Assembly (NCBI GenBank): GCA_947627935.1
Contig: CANQXY010000005.1
Coordinates: 179-64,178 of the forward strand
DNA: 64,000 bases
Source of the DNA: an uncultured Clostridia bacterium
Lineage (GTDB): Bacteria > Bacillota > Clostridia > TANB77 > CAG-508
Direction of reading: 5' to 3'
Part shown: piece after piece, positions 1-10,460 of the stretch
Layout: each line of letters opens with the position of its first letter
How positions within the stretch are numbered: position 1 is the first letter of the stretch
Notes under the pieces: model-generated
Seen by the model: only the letters and a program-made list of their open reading frames with translations
Database searches by the model: none
Told to the model about the DNA's origin: nothing
Translations under genes and position numbers: made by a program

Positions 1-598
1 TTGCTTTTTCTATTTCCTTTTTTATCTCATTTGATAATTTATCTAAATCTATTTCTTCTAGTAATTTTCTTAAAGCTTCTGCTCCCATTTCTGCTTTAAA
101 TGATTTCTTACCATATTTTTCTTCTGCTTCATGATATTCTTTTTCATTTAAAACTTGGCATTTTTCTAGTCCAGATGTTCCTTTATCTATAACTATATAT
201 GAAGCAAAATATACTATTTTTTCTAGATTTCTTGGTGAAATATCTAACATTAATGCTATTCTGCTAGGTATTCCTTTAAAATACCAAATATGTGCTACTG
301 GCGCTGCAAGTTCTATATGTCCCATTCTTTCTCTTCTTACTTTTGATTTTGTAACTTCTACACCACATCTATCACAAACAATTCCTTTATATCTAACTCT
401 CTTATATTTACCACAATGACATTCCCAGTCTTTTGTAGGCCCAAATATTCTTTCACAGAAAAGTCCATCTTTTTCTGGTTTAAGAGTTCTATAATTTATA
501 GTTTCAGGTTTTTTTACTTCACCTTTTGACCATTCTCTTATTTGTTCATCTGATGCAATTCCTATTTTTAATTTATCAAATATATCTAATTCGTCCAC
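1..598 (-). CDS. rpoC: DNA-directed RNA polymerase subunit beta-prime, N-terminal ~199 codons (gene continues past the left edge)
   Basis: My own minus-strand translation from GTG at 598 gives [83 protein letters not shown]...[17 protein letters not shown]. This is the conserved beta-prime N-terminus with its Cys4 zinc motif. An SD-like AAAGGGG lies upstream, and the gene is directly downstream of rpoB. It is absent from the ORF track because it is truncated and GTG-started. Confidence 0.95.
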   Translation of the reverse strand, partial: MDELDIFDKLKIGIASDEQIREWSKGEVKKPETINYRTLKPEKDGLFCERIFGPTKDWECHCGKYKRVRYKGIVCDRCGVEVTKSKVRRERMGHIELAAPVAHIWYFKGIPSRIALMLDISPRNLEKIVYFASYIVIDKGTSGLEKCQVLNEKEYHEAEEKYGKKSFKAEMGAEALRKLLEEIDLDKLSNEIKKEIEKA

Positions 599-719
599 GA
601 ATTTAGCCCCTTTCTATATTCTTATTCGGGTAACCTTAGAACAATCTTAAAATTTTAACACTGCTCGAACAATTCCATAATGCAATTTTAAGATTTTCTA
701 AGATTTATTAAATTAATTA

Positions 720-3700
720 TTATTCATCAATGATATCTTCATCATTTTCAATGTTATCTGCAGCTAAATCACTATCAAATATTCCATCATCTTCATCATC
801 TAATTCTTCGAATAATTCATCATCATCTTCCATTAAATCGTCATCTGATGTTTCTTCTACATAATTTTCTTCAATTTCATCATTTACAATAACATCTTGT
901 TCACTTAAAATATCTTTATCTCTTTCTAAATTGAAGTCAATTCCTTCATCAATATCTTCTTTAAGTTCTAATTCTTTATTATCCTCTGAATATAATTTTA
1001 TATCTAATCCTAAAGATTGAAGTTCTTTTACTAAAACTTTAAAGCTTTCTGGAACTCCTGGTTCTGGAACATTTTCTCCTTTAACTATAGCTTCATAAGT
1101 TTTAACACGTCCTACAACGTCATCTGATTTTACAGTTAAAATTTCTTGTAATGTATAAGCTGCTCCATATGCTTCTAATGCCCAAACTTCCATTTCTCCG
1201 AAACGTTGTCCACCAAATTGTGCTTTACCTCCAAGTGGTTGTTGTGTAACTAATGAGTATGGTCCAGTTGAACGAGCATGTATTTTATCATCAACTAAAT
1301 GATGTAATTTAAGCATATACATAACTCCAACTGTAATTGGTTTATCAAAAGGTTCTCCTGTTCTACCATCATATAAAATTGTTTTACCATCTTCTGATAA
1401 TCCTGCTTTTTTAAGTAATTCTTCTATATCTTTTTCTGTAGCACCATCAAATACTGGTGTAGATACTTTCCATCCTAGTGCCCTTGCTGCAGCTCCTAAA
1501 TGAACTTCTAGAACTTGACCTAAGTTCATACGTGAAGGAACACCTAATGGATTAAGTAATATATCTACTGGTGTACCATCTGGCATAAATGGCATATCTT
1601 CAACTGGTAATATTCTTGAAATAACACCTTTATTTCCATGACGTCCAGCCATTTTATCTCCAACAGATATTTTTCTTTTTGTTGCTATATAACATCTTAT
1701 AACTTGATTTACTCCAGGTCCTAATTCTTCTGAATTTTCTCTTGTAAATATTTTTACATCAACAATTGTTCCTGCTTCTCCATGTGGTACTCTAAGTGAA
1801 GTATCTCTTACTTCTCTAGCTTTTTCTCCAAAGATAGCTCTTAATAATCTTTCCTCAGCTGTAAGTTCTGTTTCTCCTTTTGGAGTAACTTTACCTACTA
1901 AAATATCTCCAGGTCTTACTTCTGCACCTATTCTTATTATTCCGTTTTCATCTAGGTCTTTTAATGAATCATCACCTATATTTGGAATATCACGAGTAAT
2001 TTCTTCTGCACCTAGTTTAGTATCACGACATTCACAATCATATTCTTCAATATGTATAGATGTATATACATCTTCTTTTACTAATCTTTCACTAATTAAT
2101 ATAGCGTCTTCATAGTTATAACCTTCCCAAGTTGTAAATGCAATTAAAACATTTTTACCTAAAGCCATTTCTCCATTTTGAGTAGCTGGTCCATCTGCAA
2201 TTGCATCACCTTTTTTAACTTTTTCACCTTTTACAACAATTGGTTTTTGGTTTATACATGTTCCACCATTTGTTCTTTTAAATTTACGAAGCTTATGTAC
2301 AACTGTAGAACCATTTTTATATTTTACTGTTATACTATCTCCTGTAACTTTTTCAACAACTCCATCATCTTCAGCTAATACTAATATTCCTGAATCTTTA
2401 GCTGTTCTATATTCTATACCTGTTCCTACTATTGGTGATTCAGTAATCATAAGTGGTACAGCTTGACGTTGCATGTTAGCACCCATAAGAGCACGTTTAG
2501 CATCATCATGTTCCAAGAATGGTATCATCGCTGCAGCTACTGAAACTAATTGCTTTGGTGATACATCTATGTATTGTACCATGTCTTTATCAACTTCTAT
2601 TATTTCATTTTGATATCTAACTCTTATTCTGTCATGTATAAATCTTCCTTTATCGTCCATAGGTTCTGATGCTTGAGCAATAATGTAATTATCTTCTACA
2701 TCTGCACTCATATATTCAACAATATCAGTTACTTTATGTGTTTTTGGATCTATTTTTCTATAAGGTGTTTCAATAAATCCATATTCATTTATATTTGCAA
2801 ATGAAGAAAGTGCTGATATTAATCCTATGTTTGGTCCTTCTGGAGATTCTATTGGGCAAAGTCTTCCATAGTGAGTATAGTGAACGTCACGAACTTCAAA
2901 TCCTGCTCTTTCTCTTGATAGACCACCAGGTCCTAATGCAGAAATTCTTCTTTTATGAGTTAACTCTGAAAGTGGGTTTGTTTGATCCATAAATTGTGAT
3001 AATTGTGAACTTCCAAAGAATTCTCTTATTGCAGAAGTTATTGGCTTTGTATTAATTAATGTTTGTGGTGTAATTACATCTAAATCTTGTATTGTCATTC
3101 TTTCACGAACAACTCTTTCAAGTCTTGTTAAACCAATTCTAAATTGATTTTGTAATAATTCACCAACACATCTAATTCTACGGTTAGCTAAATGGTCTAT
3201 ATCATCTGATTTTCCAAGTCCATGTGATAAATTTAATAAATAGTTTATAGAAGCAATTATATCTTCTGTTGTTATATGTTTTGGAACTAATTCATCATAT
3301 CTTTCTTCTATAACTTTTACTAATTCTTTCTTGTCTGTATTTTCAATTATATTTTTTAATACTTCATAATTTACTAACTCTTTAATATGTAATTTTGATA
3401 AATCAACTTTTGGTAAAACATTATGAATATTTACTGTTCCATTTCCTATTATTCTTATCTTTTTATCATCATGTTCATAGTGTTTTATATCTACAACATT
3501 TATACCAGCATCTTGTATTTTATTTGCCATTTCTTCTGTTATTGTTTCACCAGCTTGAACAAATACTTCTCCTGTTTGTTTATCTACTATATCAGTAAAT
3601 GCTATTTGTCCTTTTATTCTGTTGGCAATACTTAATTTTTGATTAAATTTATATCTTCCTACTTTAGCTAAATCATATCTTCTATTATCAAAGAATAATC

Positions 3701-4469
3701 CATTAAATAAATTTCTTGCAGCATCAACTGTTGGAAGCTCTCCTGGTCTTAACTTTTTATATATTTCTACTAATGCATCTTCTTGAGTTTTTATTGGATC
3801 TTTTTGTATTGTTGCTTCAAGCATTGGCTCTTCTCCAAATAATTCTCTTATTTGATCATCTGTAGCAATACCAATTGCTCTTAATAAAGATGTTACTGGT
3901 AATTTTCTTGTCCTATCTACACGAACATAAAAAACATCATTTCCATCTGTTTCATATTCAATCCAAGCTCCTCTTAAAGGCATAACAGTTGAAGTATATA
4001 TACTTTTTCCTGTTTTACTATCAAAATCATCAGCATAATAGCATCCTGGTGAACGAACTAATTGGCTTACAACAACTCTTTCTGCACCATTTATTATAAA
4101 TGTTCCACTGTCTGTCATTAAAGGAAAATCACCTAAATAGATTTCTTGCTCTTTTATTTCTCCAGTTTCACGATTTATAAGTCTTACTTTAACATGTAAT
4201 CTTGTTGAATAAGTAGCATCTCTTTCTTTTGCTTCCTCTAATGAGTATTTTGTCTTATCTTCCATGTAATAATCGAAAAATTCAAGAACTAAATTTCCAG
4301 AATAATCAATAATAGGCGAAATATCTTTTAACACCTCTCCTAATCCTTCTTCTACAAACCAATCATATGAATCTTTTTGTACTTTGATTAGATTTGGCAT
4401 TTCAATATAATCGCCAACTTTTGCGAAATCTTTACGAGAAGCTTTCTCGTATTTAATCTCTTTGATCAA
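720..4469 (-). CDS. rpoB: DNA-directed RNA polymerase subunit beta
   Basis: 1249-aa ORF with a TTG start at 4469 preceded by AGGGGTGA. Hallmark beta-subunit blocks are present: [48 protein letters not shown]. It has an acidic C-terminal tail and is followed by rpoC. Confidence 0.98.
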   Translation of the reverse strand: MIKEIKYEKASRKDFAKVGDYIEMPNLIKVQKDSYDWFVEEGLGEVLKDISPIIDYSGNLVLEFFDYYMEDKTKYSLEEAKERDATYSTRLHVKVRLINRETGEIKEQEIYLGDFPLMTDSGTFIINGAERVVVSQLVRSPGCYYADDFDSKTGKSIYTSTVMPLRGAWIEYETDGNDVFYVRVDRTRKLPVTSLLRAIGIATDDQIRELFGEEPMLEATIQKDPIKTQEDALVEIYKKLRPGELPTVDAARNLFNGLFFDNRRYDLAKVGRYKFNQKLSIANRIKGQIAFTDIVDKQTGEVFVQAGETITEEMANKIQDAGINVVDIKHYEHDDKKIRIIGNGTVNIHNVLPKVDLSKLHIKELVNYEVLKNIIENTDKKELVKVIEERYDELVPKHITTEDIIASINYLLNLSHGLGKSDDIDHLANRRIRCVGELLQNQFRIGLTRLERVVRERMTIQDLDVITPQTLINTKPITSAIREFFGSSQLSQFMDQTNPLSELTHKRRISALGPGGLSRERAGFEVRDVHYTHYGRLCPIESPEGPNIGLISALSSFANINEYGFIETPYRKIDPKTHKVTDIVEYMSADVEDNYIIAQASEPMDDKGRFIHDRIRVRYQNEIIEVDKDMVQYIDVSPKQLVSVAAAMIPFLEHDDAKRALMGANMQRQAVPLMITESPIVGTGIEYRTAKDSGILVLAEDDGVVEKVTGDSITVKYKNGSTVVHKLRKFKRTNGGTCINQKPIVVKGEKVKKGDAIADGPATQNGEMALGKNVLIAFTTWEGYNYEDAILISERLVKEDVYTSIHIEEYDCECRDTKLGAEEITRDIPNIGDDSLKDLDENGIIRIGAEVRPGDILVGKVTPKGETELTAEERLLRAIFGEKAREVRDTSLRVPHGEAGTIVDVKIFTRENSEELGPGVNQVIRCYIATKRKISVGDKMAGRHGNKGVISRILPVEDMPFMPDGTPVDILLNPLGVPSRMNLGQVLEVHLGAAARALGWKVSTPVFDGATEKDIEELLKKAGLSEDGKTILYDGRTGEPFDKPITVGVMYMLKLHHLVDDKIHARSTGPYSLVTQQPLGGKAQFGGQRFGEMEVWALEAYGAAYTLQEILTVKSDDVVGRVKTYEAIVKGENVPEPGVPESFKVLVKELQSLGLDIKLYSEDNKELELKEDIDEGIDFNLERDKDILSEQDVIVNDEIEENYVEETSDDDLMEDDDELFEELDDEDDGIFDSDLAADNIENDEDIIDE

Positions 4470-4661
4470 AATAAATCACCCCTATAAAATATTAAGCAGA
4501 GAAAATTTATAATATTTTAAAAGAAGTCCTTCTTAGAATATAATTATCCGTAAGGCTTTAAAGATGTCTGCTCTTACCATCTTTTTGCTCAAATTTCAAA
4601 ATTATATCTAATTCCTCTTCCCTTAAAGAATTAACTAAACAAAATGACAACAAAAAGACCT

Positions 4662-4693
4662 GTTGGTAAGGTTCTTACCAACTTGCTTTTTTA
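4662..4693. terminator. Terminator or attenuator-like hairpin in the rpoB leader
   Basis: GTTGGTAAG-gtt-CTTACCAAC forms a perfect 9-bp stem. It is followed by TTGCTTTTTTA on the plus strand and by AGGTCTTTTTGTTG on the minus strand. It lies between the putative rpoB promoter (4791-4819) and the rpoB start. Confidence 0.5.
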
Positions 4694-4790
4694 TTAATTT
4701 AAATACTTTTTGAATATTTATTATTTATCTTAATCACCCTTAACAAATTTTTATGATTAAGTAATTAAATCTCAAGTAAACTATTTTTAT

Positions 4791-4819
4791 ATAATAGCAT
4801 ATTTCCGTAGGCTTGTCAA
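4791..4819 (-). promoter_or_regulatory. SigA-type promoter candidate for rpoB-rpoC
   Basis: On the minus strand: TTGACA (4819-4814), 17-nt spacer, TATTAT (4796-4791). This implies a leader of about 320 nt. Confidence 0.5.
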
Positions 4820-4927
4820 TACTTATCTTAGTATTTTTTAGTATATATTAAAAATAATTACATATAAATTATTTACAACAAAAATTTGTTATGATAATAT
4901 ATTAAAAAAATTGTCGAGGAGAAAAAA

Positions 4928-5431
4928 ATGATAAATAGTTTACCATTAATAGTTAAATATATAATTACAGGTTTTATAGGAATGATACCAATTATTGAAC
5001 TAAGAGGTGCTATACCTGTTGGGGTATTTACTTTTCACCTAAATTATATTGAATCATTTATTTGTAGCTTTATTGGAAATATTATACCTGTATATTTTAT
5101 TGTTAAATACATAAGACCATTATTTGATTTTTTTGGTAGATGGAAACCTTTTAAAATTATAATTGATTGGGCATCAGAAAAAGCAACAAAAAATATTGAA
5201 GAAAATGAAAGATTACAAAATTTTGCGGCACTAGGTCTATTTTTATTTGTTGCAATTCCACTTCCTGGAACAGGTGCATGGGTAGGATCACTAATTGCAA
5301 ACTTTTTAGACCTACCACCTAAAAAAGCTATCCCACCTATAATTCTTGGTGTTATATCTGCTGGTATAATAGTTTTAACTTTAACTGCCATAGCAAATGG
5401 TGGAATACAATATTTATTACAAAGAGGTTAA
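4928..5431 (+). CDS. Small integral membrane protein, COG2426/PF06695-like (putative small multidrug export protein family)
   Basis: 167 aa with several hydrophobic segments. The IPIIELRGAIPVG motif is recalled from this family. GAGGAG SD upstream, and a hairpin terminator follows the stop. Confidence 0.5.
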   Translation: MINSLPLIVKYIITGFIGMIPIIELRGAIPVGVFTFHLNYIESFICSFIGNIIPVYFIVKYIRPLFDFFGRWKPFKIIIDWASEKATKNIEENERLQNFAALGLFLFVAIPLPGTGAWVGSLIANFLDLPPKKAIPPIILGVISAGIIVLTLTAIANGGIQYLLQRG

Positions 5432-5438
5432 TTTAAAA

Positions 5439-5459
5439 AGGTCACTTTAAAAGTGACCT
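5439..5459. terminator. Bidirectional hairpin between convergent genes
   Basis: AGGTCACTT-taa-AAGTGACCT is flanked by an A-run and a T-rich run. It sits between the stop of 4928..5431 (+) and the stop of 5469..6314 (-). Confidence 0.6.
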
Positions 5460-5468
5460 TCTATTATT

Positions 5469-6314
5469 TTATAAATTATCAATTTCTTCCTTTGTTAGAC
5501 CTGTTATTTCAGCGATTAATTCTACCTGCATGCTTTTATCCTTCATCTTTTTTGCTATTTCTTTTTTACCTTCTTGTTCTCCTTTCTTATATGCAGAATT
5601 TGTTCTTGTATTTTCTTCTAATATTGCTTTTTCTCTCCACCATGCCATTTGTTGCATTTTCTCATCTTTACTTATTTGGTCTAATTTTTCTTTAGCTTCT
5701 TTTATTGCCCCATTTTCTTCCATTTTCTTTTTCACCCTTTCTGATTCAGGATTTTTTAAAAAATATATCCAATCTTCCAGTTTATCATTCTCATTCTCTT
5801 TATTTTTACCTATTTTTTCTATCTCTATTATATGAATTTCAAATTTGTCTGTCAATATCTTTTTCCTACTTTTATTTTCTATTATTTTCCATTGCGTATG
5901 ATATTCTTCTAGTTCTTTTATTTTTTCTATTTTTTTATCTGATATTAATATTATTATTGTTTTTTCAAGTTTTTCATAGTTTTCAGCTTTCTTTATACTC
6001 CTTATATACATTTTCGACCAATAATATAATATTCTTTCTATTATATCTTCTTGCTTTACTATTTGTAATTCTATATCACAATTTTCTTTGTTATTTATTC
6101 TTGCTACTATATCTAATATTCCAAGTTTATCTTCTATTTGCTCTCTTCTTAATATTGGATTTTTACTTAAATCTATTTCTGTTATTTCTTCATTTAATAT
6201 TGCTTGTAATAAACTTTTTGTTATTCTTTCACTTCCTTCTTCTCCAAATAATGCTTGAAATACTATATCTAGTTTTGGTGATAATATTTTTGCTTTTTCT
6301 ATTTTATTTTCCAT
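5469..6314 (-). CDS. Rpn family recombination-promoting nuclease / PD-(D/E)XK nuclease family transposase (PDDEXK_2-type), copy A
   Basis: 281 aa. The N-terminus LSPKLDIVFQALFGEEGSERIT...NPILRRE...DKLGILDIVARI...CDIELQ is typical of this family. It is a close paralog (roughly three quarters identical by eye) of 16782..17642. Confidence 0.8.
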   Translation of the reverse strand: MENKIEKAKILSPKLDIVFQALFGEEGSERITKSLLQAILNEEITEIDLSKNPILRREQIEDKLGILDIVARINNKENCDIELQIVKQEDIIERILYYWSKMYIRSIKKAENYEKLEKTIIILISDKKIEKIKELEEYHTQWKIIENKSRKKILTDKFEIHIIEIEKIGKNKENENDKLEDWIYFLKNPESERVKKKMEENGAIKEAKEKLDQISKDEKMQQMAWWREKAILEENTRTNSAYKKGEQEGKKEIAKKMKDKSMQVELIAEITGLTKEEIDNL

Positions 6315-6545
6315 TTTTCCTTCCTTCTTTATTATCTAGTACATTTAGATAATTAATAAAATTTATTTGTGCTAAACTTTACTTTAAAAAATTGCAACAT
6401 TAATAATTCTAAATATTATATTTAGAAATTCTTTATTTTCTTTTTGGAAATTTTTATCTAAGGAATTAAATTATTGATTCAAATTATTTTGATCTAAAAG
6501 TTATTAAAATAAAAACAGTTATGTACTTTATTTAGCACATAACTA
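6315..6545 (-). repeat. Conserved non-coding module upstream of Rpn copy A (paralogous to 17643..17881)
   Basis: Blocks shared with copy B: T[G/A]TGCTAAAC, AAAAAATT[G/A]CAACATTAATAA, AAATATTATATTTA, TTTTTGGAAAT, and a hairpin AGTTATGTAC...GCACATAACT followed by a T-run in the gene sense. 10-nt inverted repeats TGTGCTAAAC (6368-6377) and TTTAGCACA (6531-6539) bracket about 155 bp. Confidence 0.7.
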
Positions 6546-6590
6546 TTTTATATAATATTTATTAAAATTTTTCAAGTATTTATTTTATTA

Positions 6591-7724
6591 TTATGTTTTT
6601 CCTTCTTTTATTTTATTTTTATATTCTATATAATCATTAATAATTATTTTTATTACAGCAATAACTGGAACTCCTAAAAACATTCCTACTACACCAAAGT
6701 ACGCTCCTCCTATTGTTACTGCCAATATTACAAGTAATGGACTAATTTTAAGCGAATCTCCTACAATTTTTGGATTAATTATATTTGCATCTATTTGTTG
6801 AAGAATTGTAACTACAATTATCATCCAAACTGCTTGTGATAATCCTCCTGTAATACATGTAATTATTGCTGAAATTATAACTGCAATTATAGCTCCAAAG
6901 TATGGAATCATATTAAACAATCCTATCATAAATCCAAGTAATGGTGCATATTTAATACCCATAATTAACATTGCAATTGTTGTTAATATTCCTACTACTA
7001 TTGCATCTAAAAATTGACTTGCTAAAAACTTAAAAAATATTGCATTAGTTTGTTCAAAATATCTTCCTAAATTATGATATGTTTTCTTCTCAAATATAGC
7101 TCCTGCAAGTTTTTTAATAAATTGTAATATTTCTTTTCTTTCTAAAAGAATATATACTGAAACAATAAATGATACAAATATATCAAATATTGCAGAAGCA
7201 GCGTTTATAGCACCTTTTGCATATTCTGTTATTTTATTTATATTTATATATTCTTTTATATCAATATTTTGTAGATTTTTTATTAAATCATTTACTAATT
7301 CGCCCTTAAGTATAGAATCTTCTGGAAGTTCTTGATATCTCTGCATAGCATCTTTAAAATATCCTTGAAAATTATTTGTTAATTCAATTACACTTTCAAA
7401 AACAACAGGTAATATAAATTTTATTAGTATTATTAGTATTATAATAGCTATTATATAAACAGTTAAAACACTTATTTTTCTATAATGTTTTGATATTAAT
7501 TTAAATTTAGACTTTTGATAGAAATTTTCCATTTTTTTAGTTGGTATGTAAAGTAAATACGCAATTAATATACCTACTAAAAATGGAGCTAATATACTAA
7601 AAAATTCTCCAATCCATGATGTTATATCATTAAAATTATCTAAAGTTTTATATACGCCAATTACAGCTACTGCAAATAAAAACCAATATAACCATTTAGT
7701 CCAATGTTTTTTTATTTCATTCAT
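6591..7724 (-). CDS. AI-2E family transporter (PerM/UPF0118, YtvI-like)
   Basis: 377 aa, polytopic membrane protein. The C-terminal half with ...FNMIPYFGAIIAVI... and ...GVPVIAVIKII... is typical of the AI-2E family. Confidence 0.8.
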   Translation of the reverse strand: MNEIKKHWTKWLYWFLFAVAVIGVYKTLDNFNDITSWIGEFFSILAPFLVGILIAYLLYIPTKKMENFYQKSKFKLISKHYRKISVLTVYIIAIIILIILIKFILPVVFESVIELTNNFQGYFKDAMQRYQELPEDSILKGELVNDLIKNLQNIDIKEYININKITEYAKGAINAASAIFDIFVSFIVSVYILLERKEILQFIKKLAGAIFEKKTYHNLGRYFEQTNAIFFKFLASQFLDAIVVGILTTIAMLIMGIKYAPLLGFMIGLFNMIPYFGAIIAVIISAIITCITGGLSQAVWMIIVVTILQQIDANIINPKIVGDSLKISPLLVILAVTIGGAYFGVVGMFLGVPVIAVIKIIINDYIEYKNKIKEGKT

Positions 7725-7734
7725 AATATTCCTC

Positions 7735-8490
7735 CTAAATATCTATACTTAATCCAACTGGGCAATGATCACTTCCATATACCTCTGGATAAATATTTGC
7801 TTCTTCTATTTTATCTTGGATACTTTTTGATACTATAAAATAATCAATTCTCCAGCCAATATTTTTTTCTCTTGCTTGTCCCATATAAGACCACCAACTA
7901 TATGCATTTTCTTTTTCTGGATATAAAAACCTAAAAGAATCAGTAAAACCTGAATTTAAAAGTTCTGTCATCTTTTGTCTTTCTTCATCAGTAAATCCTG
8001 CATTTCCTCTATTAGTTTTTGGATTTTTTAAGTCAATCTCTTTATATGCTACATTTAAGTCCCCACACATAATTACAGGTTTTGTTTTATTTAATTTTAA
8101 TAGATATTTTCTAATTTCGTCTTCCCAAATCATTCTATATCCTAATCTTTCCAAGTCTCTTCTTGAATTAGGTGTATATATATCTACTAAATAAAATTTA
8201 TCAAATTCTAAAGTTATTACTCTTCCTTCTTTGTCATGTTCTTCTATACCAATACCATATGTTACATTTATTGGATCTTTTTTTGTAAAAATTGCTGTTC
8301 CTGAATATCCTTTTTTCTCTGCACTATTCCAAAAGCTTTTATACCCCTTAAATTCTAGTTCTACTTGCCCTTCTTGACATTTTGTTTCTTGTAGGCAAAA
8401 TATATCTGCATCTATTTGCTTAAAAAAGTCCTTAAATCCTTTATTTATACAAGCTCTTATACCATTAACATTCCAAGAAATAAGTTTCAT
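7735..8490 (-). CDS. xth: Exodeoxyribonuclease III (AP endonuclease)
   Basis: 251 aa with EEP-fold motifs: MKLISWNVNGIRA, CLQETK, GDLNVA, GSDHCPV. Confidence 0.92.
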   Translation of the reverse strand: MKLISWNVNGIRACINKGFKDFFKQIDADIFCLQETKCQEGQVELEFKGYKSFWNSAEKKGYSGTAIFTKKDPINVTYGIGIEEHDKEGRVITLEFDKFYLVDIYTPNSRRDLERLGYRMIWEDEIRKYLLKLNKTKPVIMCGDLNVAYKEIDLKNPKTNRGNAGFTDEERQKMTELLNSGFTDSFRFLYPEKENAYSWWSYMGQAREKNIGWRIDYFIVSKSIQDKIEEANIYPEVYGSDHCPVGLSIDI

Positions 8491-8554
8491 AATTTATCCT
8501 CTCTTTGTTTTATTTTTTTGCTTTTTAATTATAACATACTATTGTACAAAAATC

Positions 8555-8589
8555 AAAAAGAGAAAAGACTATTTATCTTTTCTCTTTTT
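8555..8589 (-). terminator. Intrinsic terminator after the yabE-like gene
   Basis: AAAAAGAGAAAAGA-ctattta-TCTTTTCTCTTTTT; on the minus strand the hairpin is followed by TTTTTGATTTTT. Confidence 0.7.
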
Positions 8590-8592
8590 ATA

Positions 8593-9525
8593 TTATTTAA
8601 CTACTTCGACTGGTAAATATCTTACTCCCCATGCTAAAGCTGCTGAGTGTGAATTCATATATACGTCTATTTTATTTCCTTTTATTGCTCCACCTCTATC
8701 TTCAACTACATATGTTTTACCATTTATTTTTAATTTTGTACCAAATTTAAAGTTTGAAGGTGCTGCAACTGTACGTCCAGCTGTAGCTTTTGTTCCTGAT
8801 GCTGTACGTCCTGTTCTTTTACCACAACATTTTGCACAAGAACAATATGCTGTTATTTTATAATATTTTGTACCTGTAGGAGTTGTTCTAGATGAAATAG
8901 ATGATCTTGATGTTACTGATCTTTGAACTTGAACTATTTTGCTTACAGGTTCTTTCTTTATTTCTTCTGATAATACTATTTTTTCTATTTCTATATCATT
9001 TTGATATTTTATTTTATAAGTTACTAATTTTATTCCATTTTGTCCTTCTCTTAATACTCTGTTGCTTGTATCTTTTGATCCATTAGAAGCGTCTTTTGTT
9101 ACAGTCTCGAAAGGTATAGGTTCTTCTTTTGTTACTATTTTTTCTGTAATTGGTGCATAATTTTTTAGTATTTCCTCTAAAGAAGTATCTGTGCCACCTT
9201 CTGAAACTTTTGCAATTTGAATTTCTTTTTCAGATCTATTAGAAATTTTTATAATTCTATTTTCTTTAATTTCTTCATCTAAGCTAGGACTAACTTTTTC
9301 ATCTTCTGATAAAACAATGTTATTGTCTGCTAAAATTTCTGATACTTTAGTTTTAGATGTTAATACTGTCATTTCATATCCATCTGCTAAAGTTATTGTT
9401 ACATTGTCTATTTGTGTTGTTACAGCCATAACTCCTATTCCTGATAAAAATAAAAGTATAAGGCTTACACAAATGATTTTCATTATAGAAGCAGAAGTTT
9501 TTTCTTCTCTTTTCATAAAAATCAT
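8593..9525 (-). CDS. yabE: YabE-like cell-wall protein (DUF348 + G5 + 3D/RlpA-like domains)
   Basis: 310 aa with an N-terminal TM anchor. A G5-like segment (REGQNGIKLVTYKIKYQND) and a C-terminal 3D domain (ITAYCSCAKCCGKRTGRTASGT...VEDRGGAIKGNKIDVYM) are present. It lies next to tatD/yabD as in Bacillus. Confidence 0.8.
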   Translation of the reverse strand: MIFMKREEKTSASIMKIICVSLILLFLSGIGVMAVTTQIDNVTITLADGYEMTVLTSKTKVSEILADNNIVLSEDEKVSPSLDEEIKENRIIKISNRSEKEIQIAKVSEGGTDTSLEEILKNYAPITEKIVTKEEPIPFETVTKDASNGSKDTSNRVLREGQNGIKLVTYKIKYQNDIEIEKIVLSEEIKKEPVSKIVQVQRSVTSRSSISSRTTPTGTKYYKITAYCSCAKCCGKRTGRTASGTKATAGRTVAAPSNFKFGTKLKINGKTYVVEDRGGAIKGNKIDVYMNSHSAALAWGVRYLPVEVVK

Positions 9526-9549
9526 ATACCTCCTTTAAACAACAATTTC

Positions 9550-9578
9550 ATTATACAATATTTTGAGAAATTTGTCAA
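9550..9578 (-). promoter_or_regulatory. Consensus SigA promoter upstream of the yabE-like gene
   Basis: On the minus strand: TTGACA (9578-9573), 17 nt, TATAAT (9555-9550). Confidence 0.6.
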
Positions 9579-9665
9579 ATTTGTCATTTTTTGGATATTA
9601 TTACGGAAACACCTGATTTACTATATTATATTCAGCTTGTACCAAAATATTACAAAATAAAAATT

Positions 9666-10448
9666 TTATTTTTCTATATTAAATAACTTACATGCATTGT
9701 CATATGTTATTTTTGCAACTTCATCTTCAGAAATTTCTTTTACTTGTGATATTTTACTTACTACATATTTTAAATTACTTGAATCATTACGTTTTCCTCT
9801 TAAAGGTTCTGGGCAAAGATATGGAGAATCTGTTTCTATTAAAATTTTATCTAATGGTACCATTTTAATAATTTCATCTGCATTTTTTGAATTTTTAAAT
9901 GTTGCTGTTCCTCCAAATGCTATATAATAGCCAAAGTTTAATCCTTGTTTTACTAATTCTCTATTAAACGGACAACAATGTAATACTCCACCTAAATTTA
10001 CTTTATTATTTCTTATAATTTCTATTGTATCATCTATTGCATCTCTAGTATGGATTGAAATTGGTAGCTTAAGTTCATTTGCTAATTTTATTTGATAAAT
10101 AAATGCTTTTTTTTGTAAGTCTTTATTATCTTTATTCCAATAATAGTCTAAACCAATTTCTCCAATTGCAATAACTTTATTATTTATTTTAGCTAATTTC
10201 TTTATTTGTTCTATCATTTTCCACAATTCTTCTTCTGATTGTGGAATTTCACTTGGATGTATTGCACATGTTGCATAAATAAAATCATATTCATTTGCTA
10301 AATCTATAGAGTTTTTAGAAGTTTGAATATCACATCCAATATTAATACACTTAGTAACTCCATTTTTATATATTTTTTCTATTATTTCTTTTCTATCTTC
10401 ATTAAATTTTTCATCATCATAATGTGCATGTGAATCAAAAAATTCCAT
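9666..10448 (-). CDS. tatD: TatD family metal-dependent hydrolase/DNase (YabD)
   Basis: 260 aa with motifs FDSHAHY, EIGLDYYW, SIHTRDA, ETDSPYL. Confidence 0.92.
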   Translation of the reverse strand: MEFFDSHAHYDDEKFNEDRKEIIEKIYKNGVTKCINIGCDIQTSKNSIDLANEYDFIYATCAIHPSEIPQSEEELWKMIEQIKKLAKINNKVIAIGEIGLDYYWNKDNKDLQKKAFIYQIKLANELKLPISIHTRDAIDDTIEIIRNNKVNLGGVLHCCPFNRELVKQGLNFGYYIAFGGTATFKNSKNADEIIKMVPLDKILIETDSPYLCPEPLRGKRNDSSNLKYVVSKISQVKEISEDEVAKITYDNACKLFNIEK

Positions 10449-10460
10449 TTCTACCTCCTG

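Noticed and set aside
720-1010. The roughly 95-residue highly acidic C-terminal tail of RpoB as a possible fused extra domain.
   Set aside because: It is low-complexity D/E-rich sequence with no recognisable motif, and the overall length is within the normal range for clostridial RpoB as far as I recall. I cannot evaluate it further without alignments.
4548-4558. Recurring TACGGA(A)-type motif in AT-rich spacers (near 4550, 4806, 9612, 27645, 36676, 38616), and CGGA at both frameshift sites.
   Set aside because: It occurs in both orientations relative to the downstream genes and at variable distances from starts. A rough expectation for a 5-mer of this composition in the intergenic DNA is already a few hits. 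I found no consistent flanking context.
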